Source of the DNA: Amoebidium appalachense
Lineage: Eukaryota > Protista > Ichthyosporea
DNA: 64,000 nt
Assembly: GCA_963693365.1 (NCBI GenBank)
Contig: CAVNZM010000003.1
Location: 649,968-713,967 of the forward strand
Direction: 5' to 3'
Shown one piece after another: positions 39,501 through 54,630 of the stretch (its first letter is position 1; the number at the start of each line of letters is the position of its first letter). A program made the position numbers and the translations under genes. The notes under the pieces are model-generated. The model worked only from the letters and a program-made list of their open reading frames with translations. It did no database searches and was not told the origin of the DNA.

Positions 39501-40569
39501 CATCAGCAAACTTCCCGGAAGTATTGCCAACGTATTTTTTGCTATTGGCGCTATTGGCGATATTGGCAATAGAACCCCTTGCCGCCAATAGGAACGCCAT
39601 ATTGCAATAATATTGCTTTGGTATTGTCAATGGTAATACAGTACCAATACCCTCTATTGTCGATATCCCGCTGATATGAATATATTATCCAGTATATGTT
39701 ACATCAATATCGCCAATACATTAGAGTGCCATTACATTGCCATTGCATTACTATTGCGCTAGCATTATAGACGTATTGCCAATATCAATTATACCCGGGC
39801 GATATCACAATAACAACCAAATAATATCAAAAATACAGATAATGATATGGATAATACTGTATTTTCGCATTGTAGTTGCACTATGAACGCATTATTAATG
39901 TATTGCCAATATGTAATTCATAGAAATACAAAGATTTAAATATCAAGAAACATATAAACAATGTATTGCCAACATATGATCCAACTATAATCAATATATA
40001 AATGCGGTATCGCCGATAGGTTGCTTATATATCGTGAGTATATTGATGACATAAACAGAGGTATGATTAATACACTCCCAACACATTACAAATAAGAAAT
40101 ATGTAAGTATGTTCCATATCAAGCATATATTGCCAACATACGAATGATACCACCACCATAAAGATATAAGTGTTGATAATGCATTACATATATATTATAA
40201 ATATCACACTATATTATCCAAATACATTGCCAATAAATTGATAATGGGAACGAATGCATGCAAAGTACAGTATAAGTGCGCTTATAATATGAAAGGCATA
40301 TCGGAGTAACGCCTTATATCTAAGAATAATACGTATGACGAACATTGCCAATGTATTAATAATAGCTTTATTGATACCTCAATCACATGCTCAATATATT
40401 GGCAACATGCACACGGTACGGTAAGCACAGCCCCATGATCATTATCAATGAATTGCCAATGTATTGCACATGTCGACATCCATACGTGTTCCGTATGGTC
40501 ACTTTATTAACTTCGGTTGGATAGTGGCATCAAGCACACAAGTAAACAACACAACTAATATACCACCCC

Positions 40570-40906
40570 AAGAGCAACACAGAAACGGAACACGGAAACA
40601 ACAGCAGCCATAGGACAAAGAGCCCCAGACCCACAGGGTCTTGCCTCCATACTTTATTTACCTTAACAGGACAAAGAGCCGGTACCCACCTATGGGTGCT
40701 AAACATGCACATGATCATTCATGTGCTATAAGAGCAACACAGAAACGAAACACGGAAACAACAGCAGCCATAGGACAAAGAGCCCCAGACCCACAGGGTC
40801 TTGCCTCCATACTTTATTTACCTTAACAGGACAAAGAGCCGGTACCCACCTATGAAACGAAAAACGGAAACAACAGCAGCCATAGGACAAAGAGCCGGTA
40901 CCCACC
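40570..40906. repeat. Tandem repeat of about 160 bp, two copies plus a partial copy
   Basis: aagagcaacacagaaacg..cacggaaacaacagcagccataggacaaagagccccagacccacaggg...ccggtacccacctatg is repeated. Confidence 0.9.
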
Positions 40907-41542
40907 TCTAGATGATGACGTAGCCTTATAGCTGCTGATGACTTCATGGGCCAACCTTGCCAAAACCTGTAAAGGAACTCGAGCTAAGAATTAGCTCATC
41001 CTACTTGCGAGAAGTGGGGGGGAGGGGGGGGGGGGGGGGGGGGGGGGGGGACTGAGGGGGCTGACTGAGAGTGGCAAAAAAAGAGTCGACAGAACCAACC
41101 TCAAAAATAGTAAGGACGGAAACCCGGACCAGAACTTATGAAGTCTAGAGAAGCAGAAAATAGCTTGAACGATCGGTGGAGGGGATGATAGCTATAGTGC
41201 TAACAGCAAAAGTAGTGCCCACAGTCGCTGGTTCATGAACGTGAAAGGCAACGTGCATCTGCAGCCAGCAGACACACGCACACGCACGCACACACACACA
41301 CATACACACACACACACACAGACACAGACACAGACATAATCACAGGACGGACACAGACCAGACAGACAAACGCCATATGCACAAAAGCAGGCAACACAAA
41401 ACTAACCTTCAAAGGGCAGCATGGTCCAAAACAATCAGCACGGTGGCTGCGCACGGTGGCTGCGCGATCTGCGGAGGGGATCTGTGACCAGGCGACCTGC
41501 GGGAAGGGAACTGCGACCAGGCGACCTGCGGGAAGGGACCTG

Positions 41543-41657
41543 TGTTGGAATACGTCACCATGTATGACAGCAAGAGCCTTGAAGTATGTATGTGTCCTAG
41601 CTTGTTTGTATTCGTGTCTGCTTTCCTCCTTTGTGTCTCTCTCTCTCTCCCTCTCTC

Positions 41658-41731
<74 letters not shown>

Positions 41732-42485
41732 CCCCCCCCCCCCCCCCCCCCCCCGTATCTCTCTCTCCCTTGTTTCTGTGGGCACAGATATCTGTAGATC
41801 TGTGCACACCTGGCTCTCTTGCCTGATAAGAACTTATTGTGTTTTATTTCTATTTGCTCTCCTCTGTTTATCTGAGAGGTAGCGTGATTGGCTAGCCTCA
41901 CTCGTTGTCTTTCCTTTATTTCAAAATGGCCTAGTTTGTTCTCAAAAGGATGGCTCGCCAATAGTCGCGAGCGAGTACATCTGTAGATTGTGTTGTGCAT
42001 TCCTGTCTGTTAATATATGTGTGTTGTGATTGGACAATAGATATATATGGAATTCGGTTTATTGCAAAGTGTCTTCACTTTGAGAGTGTCGACTGTTAGG
42101 AAATATATGTATTTAAATAAGTTTCTTTATAGAGACGAACATAAATATATATGTGAGTTAATAGTGACTAGATGTATAATTACTTAATTTATTTAAGTAA
42201 GAGTTTCTACACTTTAGTTTAATCGGAAGTTGGAATGCGTATGCTCTGTCGGAATGTGTTTTTCTATCTTCTGATAGAACCGATTGGTTCTCCCTCTTTA
42301 GTTGTGATAAGGTGATAAGTCGCAAGTACAAAAGGAACCGAGAGCACAATATAAAGATTCAGTTGTTGTTTGAAATCTTTCAATGTCTCGTGAACAACTC
42401 CGATTGCCCTCTCATTAATGTGTTAGTCGTGTTTTTACATGACACCTCTGTGCACTCTGCTCCCTTAGACCCGTACAAAACAACA
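41543..42485 (+). mobile_element. Solo LTR of copia family A
   Basis: Near-identical to 20922-21858; perfect 5-bp TSD ACCTG; inserted in a minisatellite of about 29 bp (gacctgcgaccaggcgacctgcgggaagg, about 41480-42565). Confidence 0.96.
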
Positions 42486-42977
42486 ACCTGCGACCAGGCG
42501 ACCTGCGGGAAGGGACCTGCGACCAGGCGACCTGCGGGAAAGGACCTGCGGACCTGCGGGAAGGGGGAAGAGAAATGGAGCAAACAACGTGCGTACAGGC
42601 TTAAATGGAGAAAAAATTGCAAACCGGATTGGGATTTAGCCAATCACTATTCGCCGCGCCTGATTATGAAAAAGATATAAATAGATTTCGGCTCGCGCGC
42701 GCGCGTGCATCAGCTTGGTGCCCTTAGCGCTACCCTTAGTGCCCTTAGTCACAACTATCAGACTATAGTTACGTGTCCTCCACTTCTTTGTTCTTGACCA
42801 TTTTTTCGGCATGAAAGGGTTTCTGTTACTTCTTGCTGTCCTTCTTAGCGTGCTTGCTTGTCTTTTTTTCAACATGGGTGTCACTGGCGCTTTCGACTTC
42901 TTTGAAATCACACACACACACACACACATACACACACGCGCGCGCGCGCGCGCACGCACACACACTCACACATGCAC

Positions 42978-43013
<36 letters not shown>

Positions 43014-43478
43014 CGCGCACACACAGGCACGCACACACACACAGGCGCACACCTACACAACACACACAGCACAGGCACACACAAGCGCACACACGCACAC
43101 ACCCTGTTATCCCTGATCATGATGCCCCCTCCCCCCTCCCTCTTCCCCCCCGCGCACCCCCCCCCCCCCCCCCCCCACCCACCCCACCCACCCACCTACA
43201 AAGACGAAAACATTGTACATGTATTGCATACACAAATATACTCGCACATATACATACACACATTCACTTTTAATCTTTCAGGCTACATGTGCAATATACA
43301 TTAATTATGCACAGTCGATAGAATTCGTTGTGAAACCCCCCCCCCCCCCCCCTCCCCCCTCCTCGTTCTCCCCATATGCAATGGGGATAATATTGTTTCC
43401 CGCTATTAATAAAAAAAATCACCGTTCTAACTTCCTAAGACCGAACCACTTGTAACACCGACAGTTTCGGTTGTGTGG

Positions 43479-43513
<35 letters not shown>

Positions 43514-43639
43514 CCCCCCGCCCCAACCCACCCACCACCACCTTACCAATATTGAGGTGTACACTGCCCCCACATCCCCAACTGTGTGCTGAATATCCCG
43601 TGCTAGGAAACCAATAACATGAAAGTAACACATGCCGCA

Positions 43640-45510
43640 TGTGGGTAGTTATTGAAAAAACCAATAATGTCTAGGTAACATACTATGTACATATACTATG
43701 CTACAAAGGGGGTTCTATACGAGCTACAACGTTGTGTTTTTTTCGTGTGACCCTCGTACTCCAGGGGCACATTCACCATCCCCCCCATAAACTTTGTGGT
43801 AAAGTTCTCGTGCTAGAAGCTGTTCTGTGGGTAGTTATTGAAAAAACGAATAATGTCTAGGTAACACATGTACATATGCTATGCTACAAGGGGGGTTCTA
43901 TTCGAGCTACAATGTTGTGTTTTTTTTGTGTGACCCTCGTACTCCAGGGGCACATTCACCATCCCCCCCATAAACTTTGTGGCAAATCTCTCGTGCTAGA
44001 GGCTGTTCTGTGGGTAGTTAATGAAAAACCAATAATGTCTAGGTAACGTATGTACATATACTATGCTACAAGGGGGGTTCTATACGAGCTACAACGTTGT
44101 GTTTTTTTCGTGTGACCCTCGTACTCCAGGGGTACATTCACCATCCCCCCCATAAACTTTGTGGTAAATGTCTCGTGCTAGAAGCTGTTCTGTGGGTAGT
44201 TATTGAAAAAACCAATAATGTCTAGGTAACACATGGACATATACTATGCTACAAGCGGGTTCTATTCGAGCTACAATGTTGTGTTTTTTTCGTGTGACCC
44301 TCGTACTCCAGGGGCACATTATCCATCCCCCCCATAAACTTTGTGGTAAATTTCTCGTGCTAGAAGCTGTTCTGTGGGTAGTTATTGAAAAAACCAATAA
44401 TGTCTAGTAACACATGTACACATATTATGCTACAAGGGGGGTTCTATTCGAGCTACAACGTTGTGTTTTTTTCGTGTGACCCTCGTACTCCAGGGGCACA
44501 TTCACCATCCCCCCCATAAACTCTGTGGTAAATTTCTCGTGCTAGAAGCTGTTCTGTGGGTAGTTATCGAAAAAACCAATAATGTCTCAGTAACACATGT
44601 ACATATACTATGCTACAAGGGGGGTTCTATTCGAGCTACAACGTTGTGTTTTTTTCGTGTGACCCTCGTACTCCAGGGGCACATTCACCATCCCCCCCAT
44701 AAACTGTGTGATAAATGTTTCGTGCTAGAAGCTGTTCTGTGGGTAGTTATCGAAAAAACCAATAATGTCTAGGTAACACATGTACATATACTATGCTTCA
44801 AGGGGGGTTCTATTCGAGCTACAACGTTGTGTTTTTTTCGTGTGACCCTCGTACTCCAGGGGCACATTCACCATCCCCCCAATAAACGTTTGGTTATATT
44901 TCTCGTGCTAGAGGCTGTTCTGTGGGTAGTTATTGAAAAACCCAAAAATGTCTAGGTAACACATGGACATATAGTACTATGCTACTATATAGGGGGGTTC
45001 TATACGAGCTACAACGTTGTGTTTTTTTCGTGTGACCCTCGTACTCCAAGGGCACATTCACCATCCCCCCCATAAACTGTGTGGTAAATTTCTCGTGCTA
45101 GAAGCTGTTCTGTGGGTAGTTATCGAAAAAACCAATAATGTGTAAGTAACACATGTACATATATTATCAGCTACAAGGGGGGTTCTATTCGAGCTACAAC
45201 GTTGTGTTTTTTTTGTGTGACCCTCGTACTCCAGGGGCACATTCACCATCCCCCCCATAAACTGTGTGGTAAATGTCTCGTGCTAGAAGCTGTTCTGTGG
45301 GTAGTTATTGAAAAAACCAATAATGTGTAAGTAACACATGTACATATACTATGCTACAAGGGGGGTTCTATTCGAGCTACAACGTTGTGGTTTTTTCGTG
45401 TGGCCCTCGTACTCCAAGGGCACATTCACCATCTCCCCTTATAATTTGTGGTGAATTTATCGTGCTAGAAGCTACTCTGTGGGTAGTTAGTGAAAAAACC
45501 CGATGTTTAT
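43640..45510. repeat. Satellite array, unit about 183 bp, ten copies plus a partial copy
   Basis: Unit starts (tgtgggtagtta) at 43640, 43826, 44009, 44191, 44373, 44555, 44738, 44921, 45111, 45296, 45478. Confidence 0.97.
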
Positions 45511-45779
45511 AAGTAACGCATGCACAAATTGTCATCATAGCATTACACTACCATAGTAGTTGGTCGACAATAACGATATATTGGGAATGTGGACACCATA
45601 TTGTAAACCAAAAAATAATAACACCATAATATACTACACATACCTAACAATGTATTGTGAATGAATAAAATACTTGCTTACGTGCTGGTAACATACGAGA
45701 AACAAGGATTCTCTCGCTCTTTTTTTCTTTCTTTTTTGTTTGTGTGTGTGTGTGTGCGTGTGTGTGTGTGTGTGTTTAA

Positions 45780-45814
<35 letters not shown>

Positions 45815-46139
45815 CGTTTTGCAGATATATCGACTAGAGTCCCTCATCAGGGGACACATTCACAGTACTTTATTAAGATCGGCCTTCAAGGCCAAAAAAG
45901 CTCGATCTCGAGTAAGATTAGATAGCATTTTATGAGGCCGGCCAGGCCTTAAATACAAAAAGGAGAAAAAACAACACACAGCTAAACATAGATCTAATAT
46001 TAGCTAAATCAATCGACACACTGGTACATTGCCTGGAGTAAACAGCATCTATCCCACTGGTACATGTACTGTCATCATCCAACCAACACCCGTGTAGTAC
46101 CTTTGTCAAGCGTTCCTACGATACTACATAAGAGAAAAG

Positions 46140-46372
46140 AGGGTTATATGTGTACGTGTGTACGTGTGTACGTGTGTGTGTATGTGTGTATGTGTGAGGG
46201 AGGGAGGGAGGGAGGGTTGGGAGGGAGGGAGGGAGGGAGGGGGGAGGGAGGGGGGGAGGGAGGGAGAGAAAGAGAGAAAGAGAGAGAGTGTGCATGTCTG
46301 TATGTGTGTGTGTGTGTGTGTGTGTGTTTGCGTGTGTGTGTGAGTGCATATGTGAGTGTGCATGTGCATGTG

Positions 46373-46424
<52 letters not shown>

Positions 46425-46900
46425 GGGGGAGGGGAGGGAGGGAGGGAGGGAGGGAGGGAGGGAGGGAGGGAGGGAGGGAGGGACGGAGGGAGGGAGGGAG
46501 GGATGGTTGGGAGGGAGGGAGGGGAGGGGGGGAGGGAGGGAGGGAGGGAGGGAGAGAAAGAGAGAGAGACTGTGTGTGTGTGTGCATATCTGTATGTGTG
46601 TGTGTATGTGCGTGTTTGCGTGTGTGCGTGTGTGCATGTGTGAGTGTACATGTGCATGTGTGTGTGTCTGTGTGTGCATATGTGCATGTGTGTGTGTGTG
46701 TGTGTGTATGCGTGTCTGTGTCTGATGTGTGGATGTCTGTGTATGTTGTGTGTGTGTGTATGTCTGTGTGTGTGTATGTGCTCAGTTGAAAGGGAAGGGG
46801 GGGAGAGGGGGGATGCACCGTGTGTGTGCATGTGTGCACGTGTGTGTGTGTGTGCTCTGTGGAGAGGGAAGGGGAGGGGGGGAAATGCACCGTGTGTGTG

Positions 46901-46958
<58 letters not shown>

Positions 46959-47101
46959 TTGTGTGTTTGTCTGTGTGTGCATGTCTGTGTGCGTCGTGTG
47001 TGGTGTGTGTGTGTATGTGCATGTCTGTGCATGTGTGCATGTGCTCGGTGGAGAGGGAAGGGCAAGGGGGGGATTCGTGTCCGTGCATGTGTGCATGTGT
47101 G

Positions 47102-47148
<47 letters not shown>

Positions 47149-47378
47149 ATGTATGTGTGTGTGTATGTGCTCAGTTGAGAGGGAAGGGGGGGGGGGGGGG
47201 ATGCACCGTGTGTGTGCATGTGTGCACGTGTGTGTGTGTGTGTGCTCTGTGGAGAGGGAAGGGGAGGGGGAGGAAATGCACCGTGTGTGTGCATATGTGT
47301 GTGTGTGTCTCTGTATGTGTGTGTGTGTGTGTTGTGTGTTTGTGTGTGTGAGCATGTCTGTGTACGTCGTGTGTGTGT

Positions 47379-47452
<74 letters not shown>

Positions 47453-47593
47453 GGTGTGTGTGTGTGTCCCGGTGTGCATGTGCGTGCGTGTGTGTGAGTG
47501 CATGTTTTTGGAGTGCATGTTTTTGCATTGTGTGCGAGCATGTGGATGCCTTGGTGAGAACAAGATTGGACGGTGTCGAATGCTGTGTGTGTT

Positions 47594-47627
<34 letters not shown>

Positions 47628-47650
47628 CTGTGTGCGTGTGTGTTTTTTTG
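46140..47650. repeat. (GT)n/(GGGA)n compound repeat with duplicated blocks of about 120 bp
   Basis: gtgctcagttga..gggaagggg...gatgcaccgtg...gctctgtggagagggaagggg at about 46778 and 47167. Confidence 0.85.
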
Positions 47651-47802
47651 GGGGGAGAGGGGTAGTAGGAGGACAAGAGGGGGGGGGGGGGGGGGTGGTA
47701 AAGAGTACGAGAGAAAGGGGTAGAATTTCAGACATGTGGAGGCTTGAGCAAAAGCAGGTTAAGTCCATAATGGGTAAAACCGGCGCTGGAACGAGAGGGG
47801 AA

Positions 47803-47833
<31 letters not shown>

Positions 47834-48365
47834 GATGATGTGTGCATTCGAGGGTGGCAGCCAAAGAAGCAAAGCATCGCAAAGGACATTGGAATAGAGG
47901 GACACAGGACCAAAACAGGATCAATGGGAGAAGAGGGAAAAAAATTAATAGTTATCGGGGAGGGATAAGAAGAAATACTGCAAGTAATCGAGGCGAACAG
48001 GTATGGGGGGAACCGGGCAGGAAGAAGGGGGGGGGGGGGGGGGGGGAGTGAAGGACGAGAGGGTGGGTCACAAGACAGAGATTATTCAGTACAGACTAAG
48101 GCTTCAGTCGGGAAGGGAGGGGGGGGGGGGGGGGAGGGGGGGGGGAGGGGAGAGGAGGGGTGGGGGGGGGTCATAAAAGGACAAGGAAAGGAGGTGATTT
48201 CAGCAACCAGTCGAGGCTTGAACAAGAGTAGGTGAAGTTTGTAACGGTTAGCAAAACTGGTGCTAGAACGAGAGAGGAAACACACAGTGAAACGTAAAAG
48301 AGGGTAGAGAGTTGAGAGGAAGAAGGGGAAGTTTGTGTGTGTGCGTGTATGCATGGGTGGGTGGG

Positions 48366-48490
<125 letters not shown>

Positions 48491-48802
48491 TTACACTGGC
48501 AGCGTCCGTGGTGATGGTTTGGGGGGGAAGGGGGTGAGGGGAGTGAGGGATGTTTCGAAGAAAGAAAAGTATTGCAAGTAACAAGGGGGCATAAAGACAT
48601 AGGACTAAAACAAAATGGAGGGGGAGGAGGGGGGGATGCTGTAAACTTTGATGCGTCTCGGGGACGTGTGTAGGGACTGCGAGTTCTCTGAGATTTGCAT
48701 TGGGACGTGTGTAGGGACTGCGAGTTCTCTGAGATTTGCATTTCAGAATTTTCACTCTATTCCTCCAGGTTTTTTTTATATTTTTTTTAGGGTTGGGTTG
48801 GG

Positions 48803-48896
<94 letters not shown>

Positions 48897-50310
48897 GTCA
48901 TTACTTTCCTGTATTATCCTTTATGCTACTTCAAGTTTTATACCCTACCGCTTACACAGGATGTAGGCTGGTGAAAGGTTTAATGGTGGGACGTTCGGTG
49001 ACGTTTGTACCACGGACCACGGGAACATCTTCCCCAGGAACAGTATTCAAAACAAAGAACTTTTATATTTTGAGGTGCTAAAAACGTGAGGACCACTTGT
49101 TATGGCCGTTGCCCTTCTCAATCTTGGTACGGAAATGCACCCATATTATACTGCAAATGTATTGTATATGACGTGTGTATATCGTACAGGTACTGGTAGT
49201 ATATTGATAGTACCTCCTACGTAATGATTTGTTCGCATTCGAACATACTGGCAGTATATACTGAGACTATAACCAATATATGGTGTCCTTAGCTGTGTCC
49301 GTATTGGTGACAGTATTATAGATGTATTCGTGACATTGCCAATACCACTTGTGCCTTAGATATTCGCAATGGGATAAAAGTTGTCTTGCTATATCATGTT
49401 TATGTCCTACTAATATGGATGTGATATGGGTAGGATATGATCTACATAATGTCAGTATATGTCCACCCTAATACCACGGTATTAGCAATGTACTGCGCAT
49501 ACAAGGACTACACTCCGAACATGTTTGTTGAACATGTGTTGGCAATACATTCACAATATTGCAACTACATAGGTAAAGTGACCTGTTCTTTCATCCCCAA
49601 TAATGTACCAATATATTGGCAATAAAATACACGCCCCATATTTTCGGTTGCTTTTACCTATTGATAATAGGTGCATAATAGTCTTGATATTGTGACGGAT
49701 ACATTGGCAATACATTTGGACCGTATTGAGACCCTATTATAAGCATATCACAACCCTAAAACCAATAGCGACGTTATGTTTGTATCGGCCATATGGGACA
49801 TATGTGTTGGGTATATTGCCAATAACCCAAAATGGTCAGGAATAATACATTCATAATATATTGGCAATAGTCTTGCCACGTTGGACAATACCATAATTTG
49901 ACACAAAATTATCCTACATTTTATATATTCATAACTTATTGACAATACTCCGCAAGCAATAGTATAATACCGAATAAATACATTGACAATATCGAAATTG
50001 TATTGTTAATAGGCACACGTACACGCGTTTTGAGATATTGCCAGTACATTACTCATACGGTATATAGTTATTGGTGGTAGACCCGGCATGGTATGACAAT
50101 AATATCAAAATATGTTGCCGATATTACGTCAATATTACAGTTCTTAGACTATTACACTTCTATAGCGTCTCTACCACAGAAAATCTCTACTCGCAATACA
50201 TTGGCAATGGATAATTGATATTACTTCAGTATTAATCTGGTATTTTTACGATATTGGCAATAGATAATAGCCTCACAATATTGGCAATACCGCCGGGAAG
50301 TTTGCTGATG

Positions 50311-51482
50311 GATGAGCGTAGCCGTGACCGGGTTGGGCCATATCTCCGCTTGAGGCAACCGGCCAATGAACTGGGGCGTCCGACCGATAATCCGTAACTG
50401 ACGCCCCGAAAGCCGAACGAAACTGCGCCAATTTCCCCGCGTAGGGCGGCATACACTGGCCGCACCAACGTCAGCACGTGGGGAGTGGCAGCCCGCAGAC
50501 TCATGACCACCCCCAACTTCCACCGGGCGACTTGCTTCTTTTCCACCCATCGCTTGCCCTTGCGAGCCTTGGCCATCACCCGCTTGGTCTCCTCCACCAG
50601 CTTCTCCATAGAGGTGGCGGTAGGGGCCAACACACCCGCGGCAAGGTCGACATGGATGCCTAGATGGTCGAGATGGTCGGTGGGCTCCCACTGGCCCTTC
50701 TCCGTATTTCGGCTCAGGCCCGTTGCCTCGAGCTCCCCCTCAACAACATGTACACCGCGAGTTTGCAGCGCCTTAAGTGGCCGTTCGACGACCAACTTGA
50801 ACCAGTCGTCCAAGAACGCTAACGTGCGCACACCGCGCCGGTGAAGACGCCGACCGAACTCCTTCATGAGCCGCGTGAAGTAGAATGGCCCGGGGCTGAG
50901 GGAATAGCCGAAAGGCAGCACAGTGTACTGATACAGCTGGCCGCCAACCCGAATCTGAAAATATTTACGCCACCGTGGCGCAACTGTTGCCAGCGCAAAG
51001 TAGCCGTCCTCCAGGTCGAAACTGAAGCCGTGGTCACCTGGCTGAGCAATGACCTGCAGGTCACTGAGCGTCTCGTACTTGAGGCCCCGCTGTACGGCAT
51101 ACTCATTCACTGGGCGCATGTCGATTATCAGCCGCACTTTACCGTTTGGTTTCCGCACCCCAAACGTGGTCGACACGCAATGCTTCCTGGACTCGTCGAT
51201 GGGTTCAAACGGTGCGCCCTTACCCATTAAACGCGCAACTTCCACCAACGCCTCCTCCTCCGAAACTTCGCCCAAGTCTAGGTACCTCCCCATGTCGTGG
51301 GGAGGTGGCGGCTCAGCGCACCATTCGGGTGTGATGCCATACTTAGTCCAGAAGAGCACGTCCTTGGCTGCTCCACCGCGCGCCCACTCATCGTGGCACG
51401 CACGCACCCGTTGATAGAGCGGTGCAGGTGCTACCCCGCCCACTGGCTTACTGGGAGCACACATAACCGGCCGCCCCCGCAC
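50311..51482 (-). pseudogene. DIRS-type reverse transcriptase (with frameshifts)
   Basis: RKPNGKVRLIIDMRPVN, KYETL, SFDLEDGYF, YTVLPFGYSLSP, LAFLDDW, N.EK..WEP....HLGIHVD. Confidence 0.88.
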
Positions 51483-53089
51483 AGACCACTGCTGCCGGGG
51501 TCCACACTAGGACTAGAGAGCAGCACACGTTGCTGCTGTACATGCTCACGCGAGCAGCCCACACGGGCTAACGTCACGCCAGACGTGCCTAGGTGCTTAT
51601 AGCTACACAAACAACCCCAAAACACAACCCCACTTGGGTTTTGCAAAAACTCATGAGCTCATCCGGTCTCAATGATCTGCGGTTCCTGGGCCTATCATTA
51701 TAGCTAAAGTCTAGGGACCTACACGACTGACTATAGCGCTCACTGCGCTCAAAAGCTTTGGTCTTGGTCACTAGACCGGCCTCACTAACGCGCGCTTCTC
51801 CTAAGAGAAGCGGCGAGGAAAAGACTGTTTGAGAGAAGCGAAAAACACGACTTTTATAGTCGCTTCTACAGGAAGAGATGTGTGATGCCGATCATCACAC
51901 CATCTTCTTCCGATTGGTGGATAAAATGAGTATTTACCAAAAATATCATTGTACCCGCTGGCTTATATGGCCGCAGGGAGACAGCACTCAAAGTGACTAT
52001 ACCTGGGGCGAAGATTGGCGTGAATTCCGAGCATATCAATTTAAAAGTCATTTTAGACACCAAACTGCTTTTCGATTGCTTTATGGCCGGTCTGATGATG
52101 AGAGGCAGCACCCGGCTGCCGTCCCCGCAGGCCCCCACTGGGCCGCAAATAAATCACATGTACTGACACCCGGCCCTGGGGCCATACACACGAGATCAAT
52201 ACAGATAAGGCCCTCGGGCCCAAAAACAGAAATCACCCCCCCCCCCCCCCAGTTGTAGTACGTAGTATCTACATCAGCAAACATCACCCCGAGCTTTTTA
52301 GAGTAACATTGTCATCTTTTTATACCATTTTGGGTACAACTGTCGTACGAGGGTATACAATGTTACCAGTGTACAAACCCTAAATACAGATTGCTAACAT
52401 CGTGTTACAATTGTGTGTAACAGTATGGCAGTGGTATCACCCTGTATAACACACCGTTACTCTCAGAGGTGGGGGGGTGGGGGGAGGGGGTGGGGGGGGT
52501 GGGGGATGGGATTGGATGTTGAAAAGAGCCGGTAAAGGGACGGGGAGGGGGGAGGGGCGAGTATACACGTATGGAAATGAATGGTCAACTGTAGGTTGAT
52601 AGTATTGGGGTTTAAAAAAAAAAAAAAGAAAGGAAAAAAAACGGGAAACTCAACTACATAATATCGTTAGTAATTGGAATTTCTTATTCAACGGTTCATA
52701 TGGCGCTTCATAGAGAACGACAACCCCGGTGATATACAACACCAATCTACATCTATTAGTATGTGCCTGATCTCATGATGATATAATAACGCTGAGGGGA
52801 CGGACACATAGAAAATCCCCCCCCCCCCCCCCCCCCCCCCCCCTTCCCCCCCCCCATACAGTGTCCGTCCGCGCCTATTAGTAAGATCGTCCCGTCCGCT
52901 GCTAAGATTCCGTATACTACGCCGATTTTGCCAATATCTTTAGATTCCGTATACGAGCCCATTTTCCGGAATATATTTGAGAAAATATATCCCCCCCCCC
53001 CCCCCCCAAAGGCTCCCCAGCCCCTCAATGACAGAAGTTCAGAGTAGACAGGGTTTCTAAAATGGCTTTATTATCTCTCTCTCTCTCTC

Positions 53090-53254
<165 letters not shown>

Positions 53255-53923
53255 CACTTGCTCCCTCCCTCCCTCTCTCTCCCTCCCGAGTCCCTCCCTC
53301 CCTCCCTCCCTCTCCCTCCCGAGTCCCTCCTTCCCTCCCTCCCTCCCTCCCTCCCTCCTTCTCCCCCCCCCCCCCCCCCCCCCCCCTCTCTCTCTCTTTA
53401 CAGTGTCAATTGGGCACTGCATGTACGACTCCGATCCCACCTTCCCTCCCGGTCTCGAGCTCCCCCCCTGCGCATGAAATGCGCACGTAGTCCCCCTCCC
53501 CTCAGCCCCAAGGGTTTCTCCTCCCCCCCCCACCCTCCTCCCCCCCGCTCCTCCACATTGGTAACCTCTTTGTGTGACTAACCCTCTAGGTCGCCTCCCC
53601 CCCTCCCCCCCCCCCCCCCCCCCCGCCCCCCGGGCCCCCCAAACACTCATTGGCAACCACCCCGCTGCTCTTCCCATCTCACACACACGTCTCCCCGGCA
53701 TTCTACCATTCCCACTCACCCCAACCTCCCCCCCCCCCCCCCCCCCCCTCCCCCCCCCCCCCCCCTCGGGGCCCCCTCAAGATCATGGGTACAACCGGTC
53801 GTCTCCGGCTCAGAATTGTCGTAAGATTCCGTCGACACCCCCTCAAAACCGTAGAATCTTAATCGCGGACGAGAACTGAGACTGTACTCTCTGTGCCTCG
53901 AGGTAAACAGCCCAACCTCCCCC

Positions 53924-53981
<58 letters not shown>

Positions 53982-54214
53982 CCATAGTATTTTTATGTTC
54001 AAAACAGATGCACATCACATGTGATACATCAGCATGCATCTGTCCAGGTAACCAGACCACTGTGTGAGTGTGACTAATGAACCATTATGATAATGGCATA
54101 TGTAACCAACCCTCTGTACAGGGTGATATCGATATGTACGTCATTTCAATAAATTGATTCTCCACCTATACATCACCTACTCTCAAAGTGGTTGCACGTT
54201 AGTTTTGAGGCGGC

Positions 54215-54560
54215 TTTTTAAGCCTAGAGTCTGGTTGAAACTTGTGTAGCAGTGCACACTTATAAATCATGTTTATAATTACGGTAATATTCAAACACAA
54301 GTTCAACTTGACCAACATAAGTATACGGTTCAAGTGCTTTTTAAACCTAGAACCTGGTTGAAGCTTATGTAACAGTGCACACTTATAAATCATTTTTATA
54401 CTTACGGCCAACATAAGTACACAATTTCAAGTGCTATTAAAACCCAGAACCTGGTTGAAACTTATGTAACTGTGCACACTTACACATACGGTGGCATTAT
54501 TATTATTCAAATCTATAATTACGGTAACATTCAAACCCAAGTTCAACTTGGCCAACATAA
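54215..54560. repeat. Degenerate tandem repeat of about 100-120 bp (3 copies) downstream of the GPCR-like gene
   Basis: aa.cc.aga..ctggttgaa.ctt.tgta.c.gtgcacactta at about 54220, 54342 and 54440. Confidence 0.8.
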
Positions 54561-54630
54561 AAAACAATTTCTAAGTTACTGAAATTCAAATCAAAAACCT
54601 GTGGCCTAAGCCAATTACAAATTCAACAAT

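Noticed and set aside
43640-45510. CRISPR array or repeat-protein gene
   Set aside because: Units repeat over their whole length with no unique spacers, and indels and stops break any reading frame.
48661-48741. 41-bp perfect tandem duplication
   Set aside because: Ordinary local slippage duplication with no evident function.
48960-49145. GGTFGDV kinase-like peptide or coding-looking stretch inside the TIR element
   Set aside because: Short, stop-interrupted on both strands, no further kinase motifs.
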